This document shows, piece by piece, positions 48,879-59,520 of a stretch of 64,000 nt of DNA. Origin of the DNA: Lama glama (Eukaryota). Made by a program: the position numbers and the translations under genes. The stretch is from the NCBI GenBank assembly GCA_028534125.1, contig CM052818.1:47618001-47682000 (forward strand), read 5' to 3'. How positions within the stretch are numbered: position 1 is the first letter of the stretch; each line of letters opens with the position of its first letter. Below the pieces are notes generated by a model. The model had not been told where the DNA came from. It was given only the letters and a program-made list of their open reading frames with translations, and ran no database searches.

Positions 48879-49146
48879 TTTTTTCAGTTTCTTTAAATTA
48901 TTGAAATATACTTAGTTACAATGTGTCAGTTTCTGGTGTACAGCATAATGTCCCAGTCACGTATATATATACATATACCCACACATACACATACACACAC
49001 ACACACACATATATATATACATATATATTTGTTTTCATATTCTTTTTCATTAAAGGTTATTACAAGATATTGAATATAGTTCCCTGTGCTATACAAAAGA
49101 AATTTCCTTTTTTATCCATTTTAATATATAGTAGTTAATATTTGCA
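48879..49146 (-). mobile_element. Short young L1 3' end with an 8-bp TSD
   Basis: Poly-T start, 'gtttctggtgtacagcata', an internal (TA/CA)n tract and 'tacaagatattgaatatagttccctgtgctataca'. It is flanked by AATCTCTT at 48871-48878 and 49147-49154. Confidence 0.9.
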
Positions 49147-49519
49147 AATCTCTTAAATACAAATAACCTTTCTTTTCAACACTGCATCATATTGTCAACT
49201 TTTAAACAGTAATTTAGGAGACAAGTACCAATTCAAGTTTAAATGAAAATTCAATCACATGTAGTGCTACCAAAACATATAATTTATGGTAGATGACAAC
49301 CCAACGTCTAGACACTGTCTACACATGGCTCAATTTGCCTGTATTACAGCAATTTCAAACATGTGGCAACTTTTTTTTGTGTAAGGAAGTTGACAACTTT
49401 GGTTTTTATATCAGTGCAAGAAAGAACTCAACTTCCAAAATATTTGTGGAGTCTTCAGGTTAGAAAGATAAAACTTCACTGCCAATATCCCAATAGTCCC
49501 AATTCACACAGCACATCAA

Positions 49520-50130
49520 AAAGAAGGAAAGATTCTGCAGAGCACAGAGAGAAAAAGTAATGAAATCAATAGAGGGGGGCATAAGAGGTGGGATGCAGAG
49601 TTAGATCACCTGGTTTATGTGTAACTGGAATCCAAGACGAAGAAAGGGAAAAGAATAAAACAAAAAATAGTTGAAGAGATACCCACTGGTTTTCTAAAAC
49701 TAATGAAAGAGATAAACTCGCAGATCCAATAAGCTCAACAAACTCAAATCGGGAAAATACAGACAAAATTACAGTTAACAAAACTAAGCACATGTCAAAC
49801 ACTTGAAAACAGCTAGACAAAAAGGTTCTACTACATTTAAAGGAGCAACAATAAAACTTTCCAGTAACAAACTTGGAAACCAAAAGATAACAGAAGTGCA
49901 GGAAAGAAAGAACAAATTACATTATCCTATAGCCAACAAAAATAGGCCTCATACAGGCACAGGCAAAATAAAAATCAGAAATAAAGATATTTTCAGACAA
50001 ATAATTTGTGGTCAGCAGACTGTAACTACAAACACTACTAAGGGGAATTCTTTCAGTTGACGGTAAATGACTGCAAAATAAATCACAGAACTACAGGAAG
50101 GAGCACTAGTGACTGAGGTGGAAATATGAG
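49520..50130 (+). mobile_element. L1M/HAL1-type ORF1 remnant
   Basis: 'gtaactggaatccaaga', 'aaaactaatgaaagagataaac...cagatccaataagctcaaca' and 'aaaggggaattctttcag'. Confidence 0.75.
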
Positions 50131-50199
50131 GGTCCATCACCTCTTGTGCTTGTTTACATCTTTGCCACATTGATTTTTATTCCTCAAAATTAATACTTA

Positions 50200-51100
50200 G
50201 TCAAACACAATATTGGACTTCATGTAAATAAAATTACACTGCATGTATTTTTCAGCAGCTTGGTTTTTTTATTTAAAATTTTGATCCTAAGATTTATTAA
50301 TTTCTTGAGTATAGTTGCAATCCATTTCCATCACTGCCTAATATTCAATTTTGTGAATATTTCGCTGCTCTTCTGTAAAGGATTTGGGTCACTTTCGTCA
50401 CTTTGCCATGTTCTTAAACATTTCACAAGGTGTATCAGTGTATCTCTTTCTGGTGGCATATGTCTAGGTGTACAACTCCTGGATCATATGCTAGTTTTAT
50501 CTTTGACTACACTAGATAATGTTCATTATTTCCCAAAACATTTTTACCAATTTATGGAATTACCAGTAGTATTCAAGTAATTCCAATTAGTCCACATTTT
50601 TGTCAGCACTTGATTTTGGCATTCTTTAAAATCATTGCCAATCTTGAAGGTCCAGTAACATGTATTTAACGTCCATTTCTCTGATTAATGAAATTGAGTA
50701 CTTTTTTCATATGTTACTGGCCATTCAAATTTCTTTTTCTGTGAAGTGTGTCTTCACAATTTGTCTCTTTTTTTATTAGGCTGTTCATGTTTTTTCAAAA
50801 TAAATTTATCTTCCTCTTTAAAATATAGAGATCTTAAAATATTATTTTTCAACACCTGTTTTATGACTTCTATGTCATCCATGTAGACATGTAGCAATCA
50901 TTTATACATTCCCCATATTGATCCCAGTTCAATTACATGTTTGGAAAACATCTTCCAGTTTGCAACATTCATAATCTCTTTTCTTAAGGTTTATTTAGTA
51001 GATGAGAGATTCTTAATTTTAAAGGAATTTGATTTTTGCAGCTTTTTTTTCACTTTTTACATCTTATTAAAAATTATACCCTAATGTGATGAAGATGTCG
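50200..51100 (-). mobile_element. L1ME-type ORF2 end and 3' UTR
   Basis: 'tccacatttttgtcagcacttg' and 'tttttcatatgttactggccattc...tttctgtgaagtg' are antisense old L1. Confidence 0.75.
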
Positions 51101-51329
51101 CCCTATCATCTACTTGTCTTCCTTTTCCTATGTATTTACAATACTGTGCAGCCATAAGGCAGGTTTCCATTACTAAGCAGAGATTTGGGGATCTTTGTTC
51201 TGTCTCACTGGTGAACTGGTCCATCACTGAAGCCACGCCCCACTCCCCCTGGTCTGCTAGGAGTCTCAACGTCTCATATGGGAACCACCATTATCCCCCT
51301 GCCCTAGAGTTACCATGCTGTTCTTCTTC

Positions 51330-52685
51330 AATATCTTGACTTTTTTTTAGCCATCTACTATTCCATATAAATTTCAGAATATTTATATCTTTAATTTTTA
51401 ATACATCATATAATTCTATATTTTCATAGTCGGTTTCAGTAGATTGCACGTCTTCCTCATGTACTGCTTTCTGCCTTAAAGACTAATGTGTCTGACATTC
51501 ATGTAGCCATCATAGGTTTTTTGGGGTTAGGATTTGCAGTTCTGTATTGTTTGGTTTCAGATATGCTTCATATAGGTAACATGTATATCTATACAAAGAA
51601 ACAATTTTAAGCAACTCTGGCGATCTTTATCTTTTAATTAGACACGTCAGTTCATTTTCAATTATATTATTTTTACACACATATATACATACACACATGC
51701 ATATGTACTTACTTCTCCACCTGATTTTGTCCTTTGTGTTGATTCACTTCATCTTAGTTTTAATTGGTTACACACACCGTCTGTCATTTTTCTCCTCTGC
51801 TGGTTTGGAAGGTATGCATCCCGTTATTCTCTTAGTGGTTACTGTAGACGATTTGACACACACACCTAACTTCTCAGCACCTAAAGTAACTTTACCTTCC
51901 TTGTTAAAATACAGAAATCTTAAAACATTACTTTCCACAGCCTGTTTTCTGACGTCTTTGTCTTTCTCATTGATTTCAGTTTCTCTCTTGTTTCTTTCAC
52001 ATCACAGACTTCATAACCGCTGTAGGATAAAATTGTTGACTGTTCAGATTCTTCTGCATATTCATTGCTTCCTTTGCTCAGTCTTTCATGGTTCTCAGAC
52101 TTTCCCTTAGTGGTAGTTTTCCTTCTGCCCAAAATACATGTTTTAGAAATTTCTCTAGTATTGGTTGAAAGAAAATTGTCAGTTTCTATCAATAGGAAAT
52201 ATTTATTTGGTCCTCATTTTAAAATACATTTATAATACATAATTATTATTTATGGTCATTACATAACTGTGCAATACACATAATTATAACTATCTATACT
52301 ATTATATATAACATAACGCATATGTATATAACTTTGCTTTGTCATTTATTTCCTCTTCATATATTGAAAATATGATTTTTCAGCTTTCATTGTGGCTTTT
52401 GAGAAATCAGATCTTGATCAAACTGTCCTTTTTGTGAGTGGAATCTTTCTTTTCTTTCTGTTCTAAAGGTCTTCTTTTTGCCTCTGTTTTCATTTATTTC
52501 TGGTTTCCATTTTAATGAGTCTGTGTCAGGATTTCTTTGTACTTACTGTCTTGGGATTTATTGGGATTTCTGGATCTAAAGATTGATTTCTTTCAACAAT
52601 TGTGGAAAATTTTAGGTCCTTATATCCTTCAGTATTGATTCTTCCCTCATTCTCTCTATTATCTCCTTCAGAAACTCCAACTTGG
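51330..52685 (-). mobile_element. HAL1/L1M-type remnant including the ORF1 region
   Basis: T-rich strand with 'ttttgagaaatcag' and 'ttctttcaacaattgtggaaaatt...ctccttcagaaactccaa', the antisense of the ORF1 segment seen at 49600-49880. Confidence 0.65.
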
Positions 52686-54599
52686 TGTAAGTGGCCTTCA
52701 ATGCAGTTAACTGGGGAGTAGGTTCACTCCAGTTAATGCATGAAGCTACGGGCCATCACAGGTTAGGTGGGAAGAGCTCCTGGCCCTCCCACCTTGGCTG
52801 AGGCTTTGGCTTGTGTGGCCTTGAACACAAAATCTTCCATTTAACCTGTTAGCAAACGTCCTCAGGTGACAGTTTATAGTATTGGTCTATTCACTTCTCT
52901 GACCTCCATCTTTCACACTATATTTGGCCTCTGGGAAGTTCAGAAAGGATTTCTTAAGGGATTATTGATGCAATTAAAAAGATGCTTTCTATATATTTCT
53001 AGGAAAAATATCTCTAAAAATTGTAAAGTGATGGCATCTTAATTATTTCCATCAGTAAGGTCATTCAGGGAGCATGGCTCATGGTGCTGCTGGAAACAGA
53101 TCTCTCTGGTAGCCAGGCTAGGTGAGTCACTGACACATACAAGGCAGGAATCTGGCCGAGCAGAGGGGAGGGGCCTTCCACCGTCCTTGCCAGGGGCTAA
53201 GTTAATATGGCATTTTGCGTTGTATTATTGACCTTGTCAGGTTAAGTCTATGCCATGTGCTTGCACCTGCTAACCAACCAGCATAAACCATACCTGGCTT
53301 TTATACAGTTTTCAAGATGAAACAGAAGCTAACCCAGATGACATATTCCAGGATGGATAGCGGTGTCATACACTGAAATACACCAGGATTGAAGAGACAA
53401 AATGTTAATTTTGAAGTTAGAAATGATATACAAGTGAAGGTGTCAACTAAGCTGTTGGCCTGGGCTCAGAGTAGAAATCCGCGCTAGAAACATAAGCAAG
53501 GAGTGAGTTGGGGCACCGCGGGAAGGAAAAATATGTCCCATTTTCAGTAGCCTGGGCTGCCGGCTGGTCGCAGGGGAGAGCGAATGGGACCTGAGATTCA
53601 CAGAGAAGGCTTCTTGGAAGAGAAGGGCTATAGGAGCCCCTAAGAGCCATGAAAGATACCTGCACGCGAGAAAGGATGATGTGCACTCGGTGGCAAGGTT
53701 GCTCTAACAGGAGAATTCTGATGGCAGGCCCACCTGGGAGAGGCGGGCAGGAGACAGAGGCGTTTGTTTTCACAAGGAGATAATGAGGTAAACAACCTCA
53801 GATTCATTTTATTTTCAAGTGGCACGATGTTGTGTGAGGTTATTTAATCTTCCTTTAAACAAACAACCCAAAAAGAACAGACGGCGAGCACCATAAACAT
53901 AAGCTGCGGAAACCTCCGGAAAGGTAACCTGTTACGCTGCAGCGACTGGCCCTGCCTTCCCCAGCTTCGCCGGCTCCAGGTGCCGCCTCCCAGCACCTGC
54001 CGCATCCCAGCCCCCGAGGGAGGCAGCTCTAGGACCCGGCCGCCGGGAGCCTGGGAGTCTGTATTTAGCAGAAGACGGGTTTGCCCAGACCTGGAGTCCA
54101 GTCTGTGTAGACACAGTGCTGCCTGCCGCCTCCTGCACCCCCACACCTCCCATGTGGACCCAGCTGCGCTGGGACCCTCCCTCCATTCCTGCTGCCTTGC
54201 TGCGATTCCTCCCTGCCCTGCTGCTCAGTCCCAGCTCCCCGCCCAGCTCTTTCCACATCCCCATTCTCATACGGCCTTTGGCTACAAATAGACGGAACTT
54301 TTTGCTATCTTCACTGCAAATGTCACCTCGTGTGTCCCACCTTTCGGAGTAGATCTCCCTGGATGCTGGCGTGGGTCAAGCAAAAGTCTGTTTCAGCCAC
54401 TAAGCCCCCTTACGACACTGGGACAGTGTCGCTTAGACCCTGGCCCTCGGGGTCTGCCATCAGCTCAGCAGCCGGACCTGACCTGGCTCCTGCTTCCCTC
54501 CCTTACACCCCAGCTCCCGCCCCACTGTCCCTGCATCCCTCTGCTGAGCCCAGGTGGTGGTGCTCCACGAAGGCTGCAAGCTTCTAGGAGAGTTACCCA

Positions 54600-55680
54600 T
54601 CATTTTATTCTACAAACACTTATTAGCTGACTTCTCTGGGCAACAACAAAGGCAACATAAATCCCCTGTCCTCATGAAACAGCATCCTGGTGGGGGGTGC
54701 ATGGGAGGGGGTAACAGTGAATGATCAAAATGACAAGGCATGCTAGATGGTGTTAAACGTTCTGAAGGACAGTAAAGCAGGGTAAGGGAGAAGGAATTCC
54801 AGGAGAGGCGAGGGAGGGTGTAATTAGAGTGCCCACGGGTATTGGTGCAGTGGTGTTTTAGCAAAGACCTGAGGGAAAGAGAGAAGGAAGCCAGGAGACT
54901 ATCTGAAGGCAGAGCATCCAAAAGAGGAAGCACGGAAGAGACACTGGAGTGGACGCCTGCTCGGCACGTCCAGGGAGGAAGGAGGACGTCGGGGGTGCTG
55001 GACGGACAGGTGTGGAGGAGCTGGCCCGTGGAGCCGCAGGGGGTCAGGTCAGGGAAGACTTGCAGCCTTTATTTAAGGGGAGATGGAGACATCAGGTTGC
55101 GAGCAAAGGACTGAGATGATGAGACTTCCACGGGAAGAGATCACTGGGTTCCTATGTTAGGAAGAGCCAGGTTACAGAGGCGAGAGGAGAAGCAGGGACA
55201 ACTTTGGAGCAGCTGCAATACTCCACGTGAGAGATGACGAGTCAGGGTGTGGAAATGGAAATGGGGAGAGGTCCAGATTCTGGATTTATTGTGAAGCTGG
55301 GTCCAGGGGGACGCGCCAAATGAACTGTGAGAAAAGGCGAGGAGTCCAAGGTGACTGACTTCCCAGGGCTTGGACTGGGCAACTGTACGGACAGATTGTT
55401 GTTTACGGAGATGGGGAGGGAGTTCTGGGCTTAGAGATGGAGGAATGAGGAGACTGGTTTTCGATGTGCTGAGTGGTGATGCAGTTAAATATCCAGCAAG
55501 AGGTATCGAGTAGGTAGGTAGCTGCAGAGGCTGGAGCTCAGGGGAGGGGCTCAGATACACACTGGGGAGTATAGAAGCTGCTTAGAGTAACAGGACTACA
55601 GAAAAACACCAAAGAGTGGAACAAAGGGAAGGTCCGAGGGCCAGCACAGAACCGCTGTTAGGGCTGCCCCAGGGGAGAAC
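54600..55680 (-). mobile_element. L2a-like LINE, 3' about 1.1 kb
   Basis: Tail 'ttattctacaaacacttattag', then 'cagattctggatttatt', 'gagtccaaggtgactgacttcccagggcttggactgggcaact' and 'ctggagctcaggggaggggctc'. Confidence 0.85.
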
Positions 55681-55769
55681 GTGAAGATGAATTCGGGGGC
55701 TCTTGGCTCCCAAGCCTGTGCATTGTAACCAAATGAACTCCATTTTTGTGTGTGTGTGTGTGAAAAGCC

Positions 55770-56010
55770 ATACAGTGCGGTGGTTCCGCACCTACTGGAC
55801 TCACCCTGCTTGGGCTCAATTACATCTTCCACCACTGACAAGCCTATGACTGGACAAGATAATCTCTCAGTGCCTCAGTTTTCCCATCTATAAAATGGAG
55901 ATAATAACACTGCCTTCCCAAGCTTGTAGATTTTTCATGAGGATGAAATGCGTTAAGCATCTTAGGGTGAGTCCAGGCACAAAACGTACACCAAAAAAGT
56001 GTTGGACGTT
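55770..56010 (+). mobile_element. MIR SINE, near full length
   Basis: 'aatctctcagtgcctcagttttcccatctataaaatggagataataac...tgaggatgaaatg'. Confidence 0.85.
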
Positions 56011-57017
56011 GTTATATGTTTTGGGAGTTATAAATACAATGTCATTAGAACCAAGAGGCTGATTACTAAAAAGAAGCTTTTCCATGAAAAAGAGCAGTAG
56101 ATCCCTCTAACCACAAGTGTATAGGTAAAGGCGTGTTATTAGACACAGTTATGCGTTAACTTTTGGAAGATAAATGGAGCTTCTTAATTATGATGAAATA
56201 ATATGAAGTAATGTTAGGGAACATAAGCGTCTCAATTGAAGGATTTTAGTATTTGCTAACCATGGGAGGAACTGTAAGCGATTGGTACAGGTGTGAAGCG
56301 TAAGATACCCAGGGCAGAGCCCTCAGCTGAGTTTCGCTCTCCCGCTAGGAATCTCCTCCAGTGTGTGAACGGGCCCAGCTTCCTAAGCACCTGAAAGCTT
56401 TTGTACAGGAGAGGCTACAACTAGCTATTTCTTCGTTATTTCTTTATTGAACAGGTGACATTCGAATGCAATCCTAGGCTTGGGCAGATGGAGGGTATGA
56501 AACTGTAGGATCGGGGAGCAGGTGGGGACCTCAGATAGGACCGCAGATGAGGAGATTCACCAGGAAGGAAGCGCGCCTTGCTAAGGCGTTCTGCAAGCAC
56601 ACCGCAGGTCCCGCAGCACGCGCCAGGTAGGGCGGGGATGGATCCCAGGTCCCAGCTCCTCAGAGCAGGTCCATCCAAACAGCGTGATGTGGCCTCTACT
56701 GCCCTCACCTACATCCTACCTAAAATGTGGGCTTTGTCTTTAGGAACTGGATCCCCTGTTAACAAAAGAAGCAGAAGTGTGAGATTCTGGGCAGCCCTGC
56801 AGGGTTTTCATTCTGGACTGCCAGGCACCCAGGGAGCAGCCAAACACTCTGAAGAAATTTCAGTTCAGAAGCCGTCCTGGGGAGGGCACGTTTATCGTGA
56901 GAGTCACACGCCAGGCCACGTGGAAGGGCTCCTGCACAGATCATTGCTGCAACAGATTCTCGCTCAGTCACTGTTTTAAAAATGAGCCCCTTCCTGTCTT
57001 TAGCGAGTCCAAAGGTA

Positions 57018-57570
57018 GCTTGATTTAGTCAGTGAGAATTTCTTCTTCACACCATCAGGTAGGAAAAATAGTCCACGACTTACCTATACAGCCTGAGGTC
57101 ACATACTCAGTTTGAAACTAGAAATCAAATACAGGTTTATTTGAATTCAAAAACATTGGCTTTTTCAACACACAATCCTGACTTCTTTCTCATTGGGTTT
57201 AATCTCTTAAATTTTCCTATATTTATACGAAAATACCAAATAATCTTGACCTTCTCCCCGTGATAACACAGTATAATGGATTGATTTTGAAGACAGAGCC
57301 AGCTGCAAAATTTCTAGGGAGTTGAACTAAAACTCAGAAAGAAATTTCAATTTCTCCTCCCAAGTCTCTAGTCTCAGGTCCACAATAAGATCTTGTCACT
57401 TAAATGGAAACATTTTGCCAAAGCTGATTTAAAGGGGTAAATTTTCACCTGTAGAAAACCGTCAATTATACAGACACCATCACAAACTCTAAAGCAAAGC
57501 TAACAAAAGTAGCAGGTTTTTACAAAACTGCAGAGGCTTGATTTAGTCAGTGAGAATTTCTTCTTCACAC
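57018..57570 (+). repeat. Perfect 35-bp direct repeat (57018-57052 and 57536-57570)
   Basis: GCTTGATTTAGTCAGTGAGAATTTCTTCTTCACAC occurs twice, identical, with starts 518 bp apart. Confidence 0.97.
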
Positions 57571-57879
57571 AGACTTTTGTCGTCTCTCTCTCAGCTCCTG
57601 GGGCCCCTTAACAACAAATTTGCAAGGTGCGCCTGTCTGGTACCTAGGCGACATTCTGGCACTTTGACATTCAGCATCGTGACCTGATTCTCGCTAGACT
57701 GATAATTAATATTTGCACTGGCTGCAGAATTAGCTTGTTTTTTCAGACTACTTTATATTCGGAAACTGCCTTCATGTGAAGCAGGTTTTTGTCTAACAGC
57801 CAACTTTGTTTTAACATTGTGGTAGTCATGGTATTTATAAGAACAACTGCTATTGTCGAGCTATGATCTTGCTGGCCCC

Positions 57880-58070
57880 GCAGACGTCTTGCATGGCTTA
57901 TATGACCCCAACTGCACTACAGCTGGGCAAGATAAATAACATTACCCCCATTTTGTGGTTGAGGAAACTGAGCCTCTAAAGTTGAAGTAGTTTGCCGAAG
58001 GACATGTAGTTGATGAGGACGGCAACGAGGTTCAAACGCTCTTGGTCAGAATCCAAAGATGCTCTTAACT
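57880..58070 (-). mobile_element. MIR SINE
   Basis: 'attacccccattttgtggttgaggaaactgagcc...gtttgccgaaggaca'. Confidence 0.8.
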
Positions 58071-58859
58071 GGACCAGACCATCGCCATCAAGCTGAAGAA
58101 GGTCCACGCGAATGAGGAGTAGAAATTAATCCGAATTCCAAGTGAAGGGTTGCCTTAGCAGAGGTCCTGAATTACTGCAGATCTTCCTGCTGCGACAAAG
58201 AAAAAACAAGTGCTCTTCCAAACCAAATGGTTCAGTGGGGAGGCATGTGGACATACCTGAGTTCCCCTGGCATTCTGCCAGCATGCAACTATGATCCCAA
58301 GCACTATTTTTTTTTTTTTGAACAACCAGCGTTCATTCTGATTAGTTCACACTCAGGGCGGAACAGGTGTTAAATGCATCGAGTCGCACTCCACGCATCT
58401 TCATGTGTCTCCTCATGGACACAGGACAGTTTTCTTAACAGCAGGAGAATACAGTTGAAGCCATTTGAACATATATCCTGTCCAGCTTACCAACCACATC
58501 TTTTCAGGAGGAGCTACAAAAGTCAAATCAAACTGGAGGGAAGCAAACCGACAACCCAAGCTCCCTAAGTTTTCTCTCGGGAAGAGCTTTTTGTGCTTTG
58601 ACTGTAGTTTAAGTCTCAGAATTCTCCTCTGTGCTTCTTCTTGAAGCACAATTTCACTTCCCCGATGATCTGGGTCAACACTTGAACAGATGGCGGCTGG
58701 CATCTCCCAACAGTAGCTGGGAAAGGACTGGGAGGGAGACTCAAAGGGTCCTCAACTGAAAAACCTTCAGTTTACAAAGAAATCCCTTTTAAAATAAAGG
58801 TCGAATAACTGTTGATTTCTTCTTTTAAGGAAAAGATGTTCAAATTCAGGTTGACATTT

Positions 58860-59520
58860 TACTTACTTGTATTTTAACTTTTATTGCTTTTAGTGTACAA
58901 ATAATGCAGACTTATTTGGGAAAATAGAAAATACAGAGAAGGAAAAAAAGAAAAAGCAGAAAGCATTCCATGCAGTCTCTTCAGAAATAAGGCAGTGTTA
59001 ACGTCAACTTGATTTGACCGATCAACCCAATTGTTGAGAGGGTGGGGGTACCATTTATCTCCTCATAACCTTTTTTGGAGCCTGTCTTTTTCACTTCCCA
59101 TAGATTTTTAATATACATGTTTATATTACACAATGAAATCACGCTGTGTATGCTATCAGTAATACATTAGCAGGTTTTCACAGTAATAATTCCACCACTG
59201 TGTTCATGATAATGTTCACATACTGTTCATTGTTATTTCAGTGGTGGAGCCACTCCATCAAATGGGTGTGATACTAGGATTATTTGCTACACAGCCTTAA
59301 ATTAAGATTCCAGTTGATTAATTTTGGTTGTTTTTATTTTTAAAAACACTTAGATGAACATCTTGTGTAGACATATTTTGGCACTTGGCTAATAACGTCC
59401 TTAATATAAACCCATAGAAGCAGGTCAAAGCAGTGAACATTTTTAAAGCTTTTAATGCAGTTTGTAGAGAGGTTACAAGTTACTCTCGCACAATCCGTGT
59501 GCAAGTGTGCCTCACCCCCC
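58860..59520 (-). mobile_element. L1ME-type 3' UTR remnant
   Basis: 'gatgaacatcttgtgtagacatattt...gtgaacatttttaaagctttt' and the 3' terminal region 'aaaatagaaaatacaga'. Confidence 0.6.

Noticed and set aside
49520..52685. Inverted ORF1 remnants as one twin-primed L1 inversion
   Set aside because: Both pieces cover the same ORF1 segment and are highly diverged, which fits independent insertions better.
3806..53619. Scattered TTCYNRGAA (STAT5-type) and TGASTCA (AP-1) motifs
   Set aside because: They are dispersed, and the counts are not clearly above chance expectation for such short motifs.
57018..57570. 35-bp repeat as a CRISPR-like array
   Set aside because: There are only two copies, the spacer is 483 bp, the context is mammalian and there are no cas genes.
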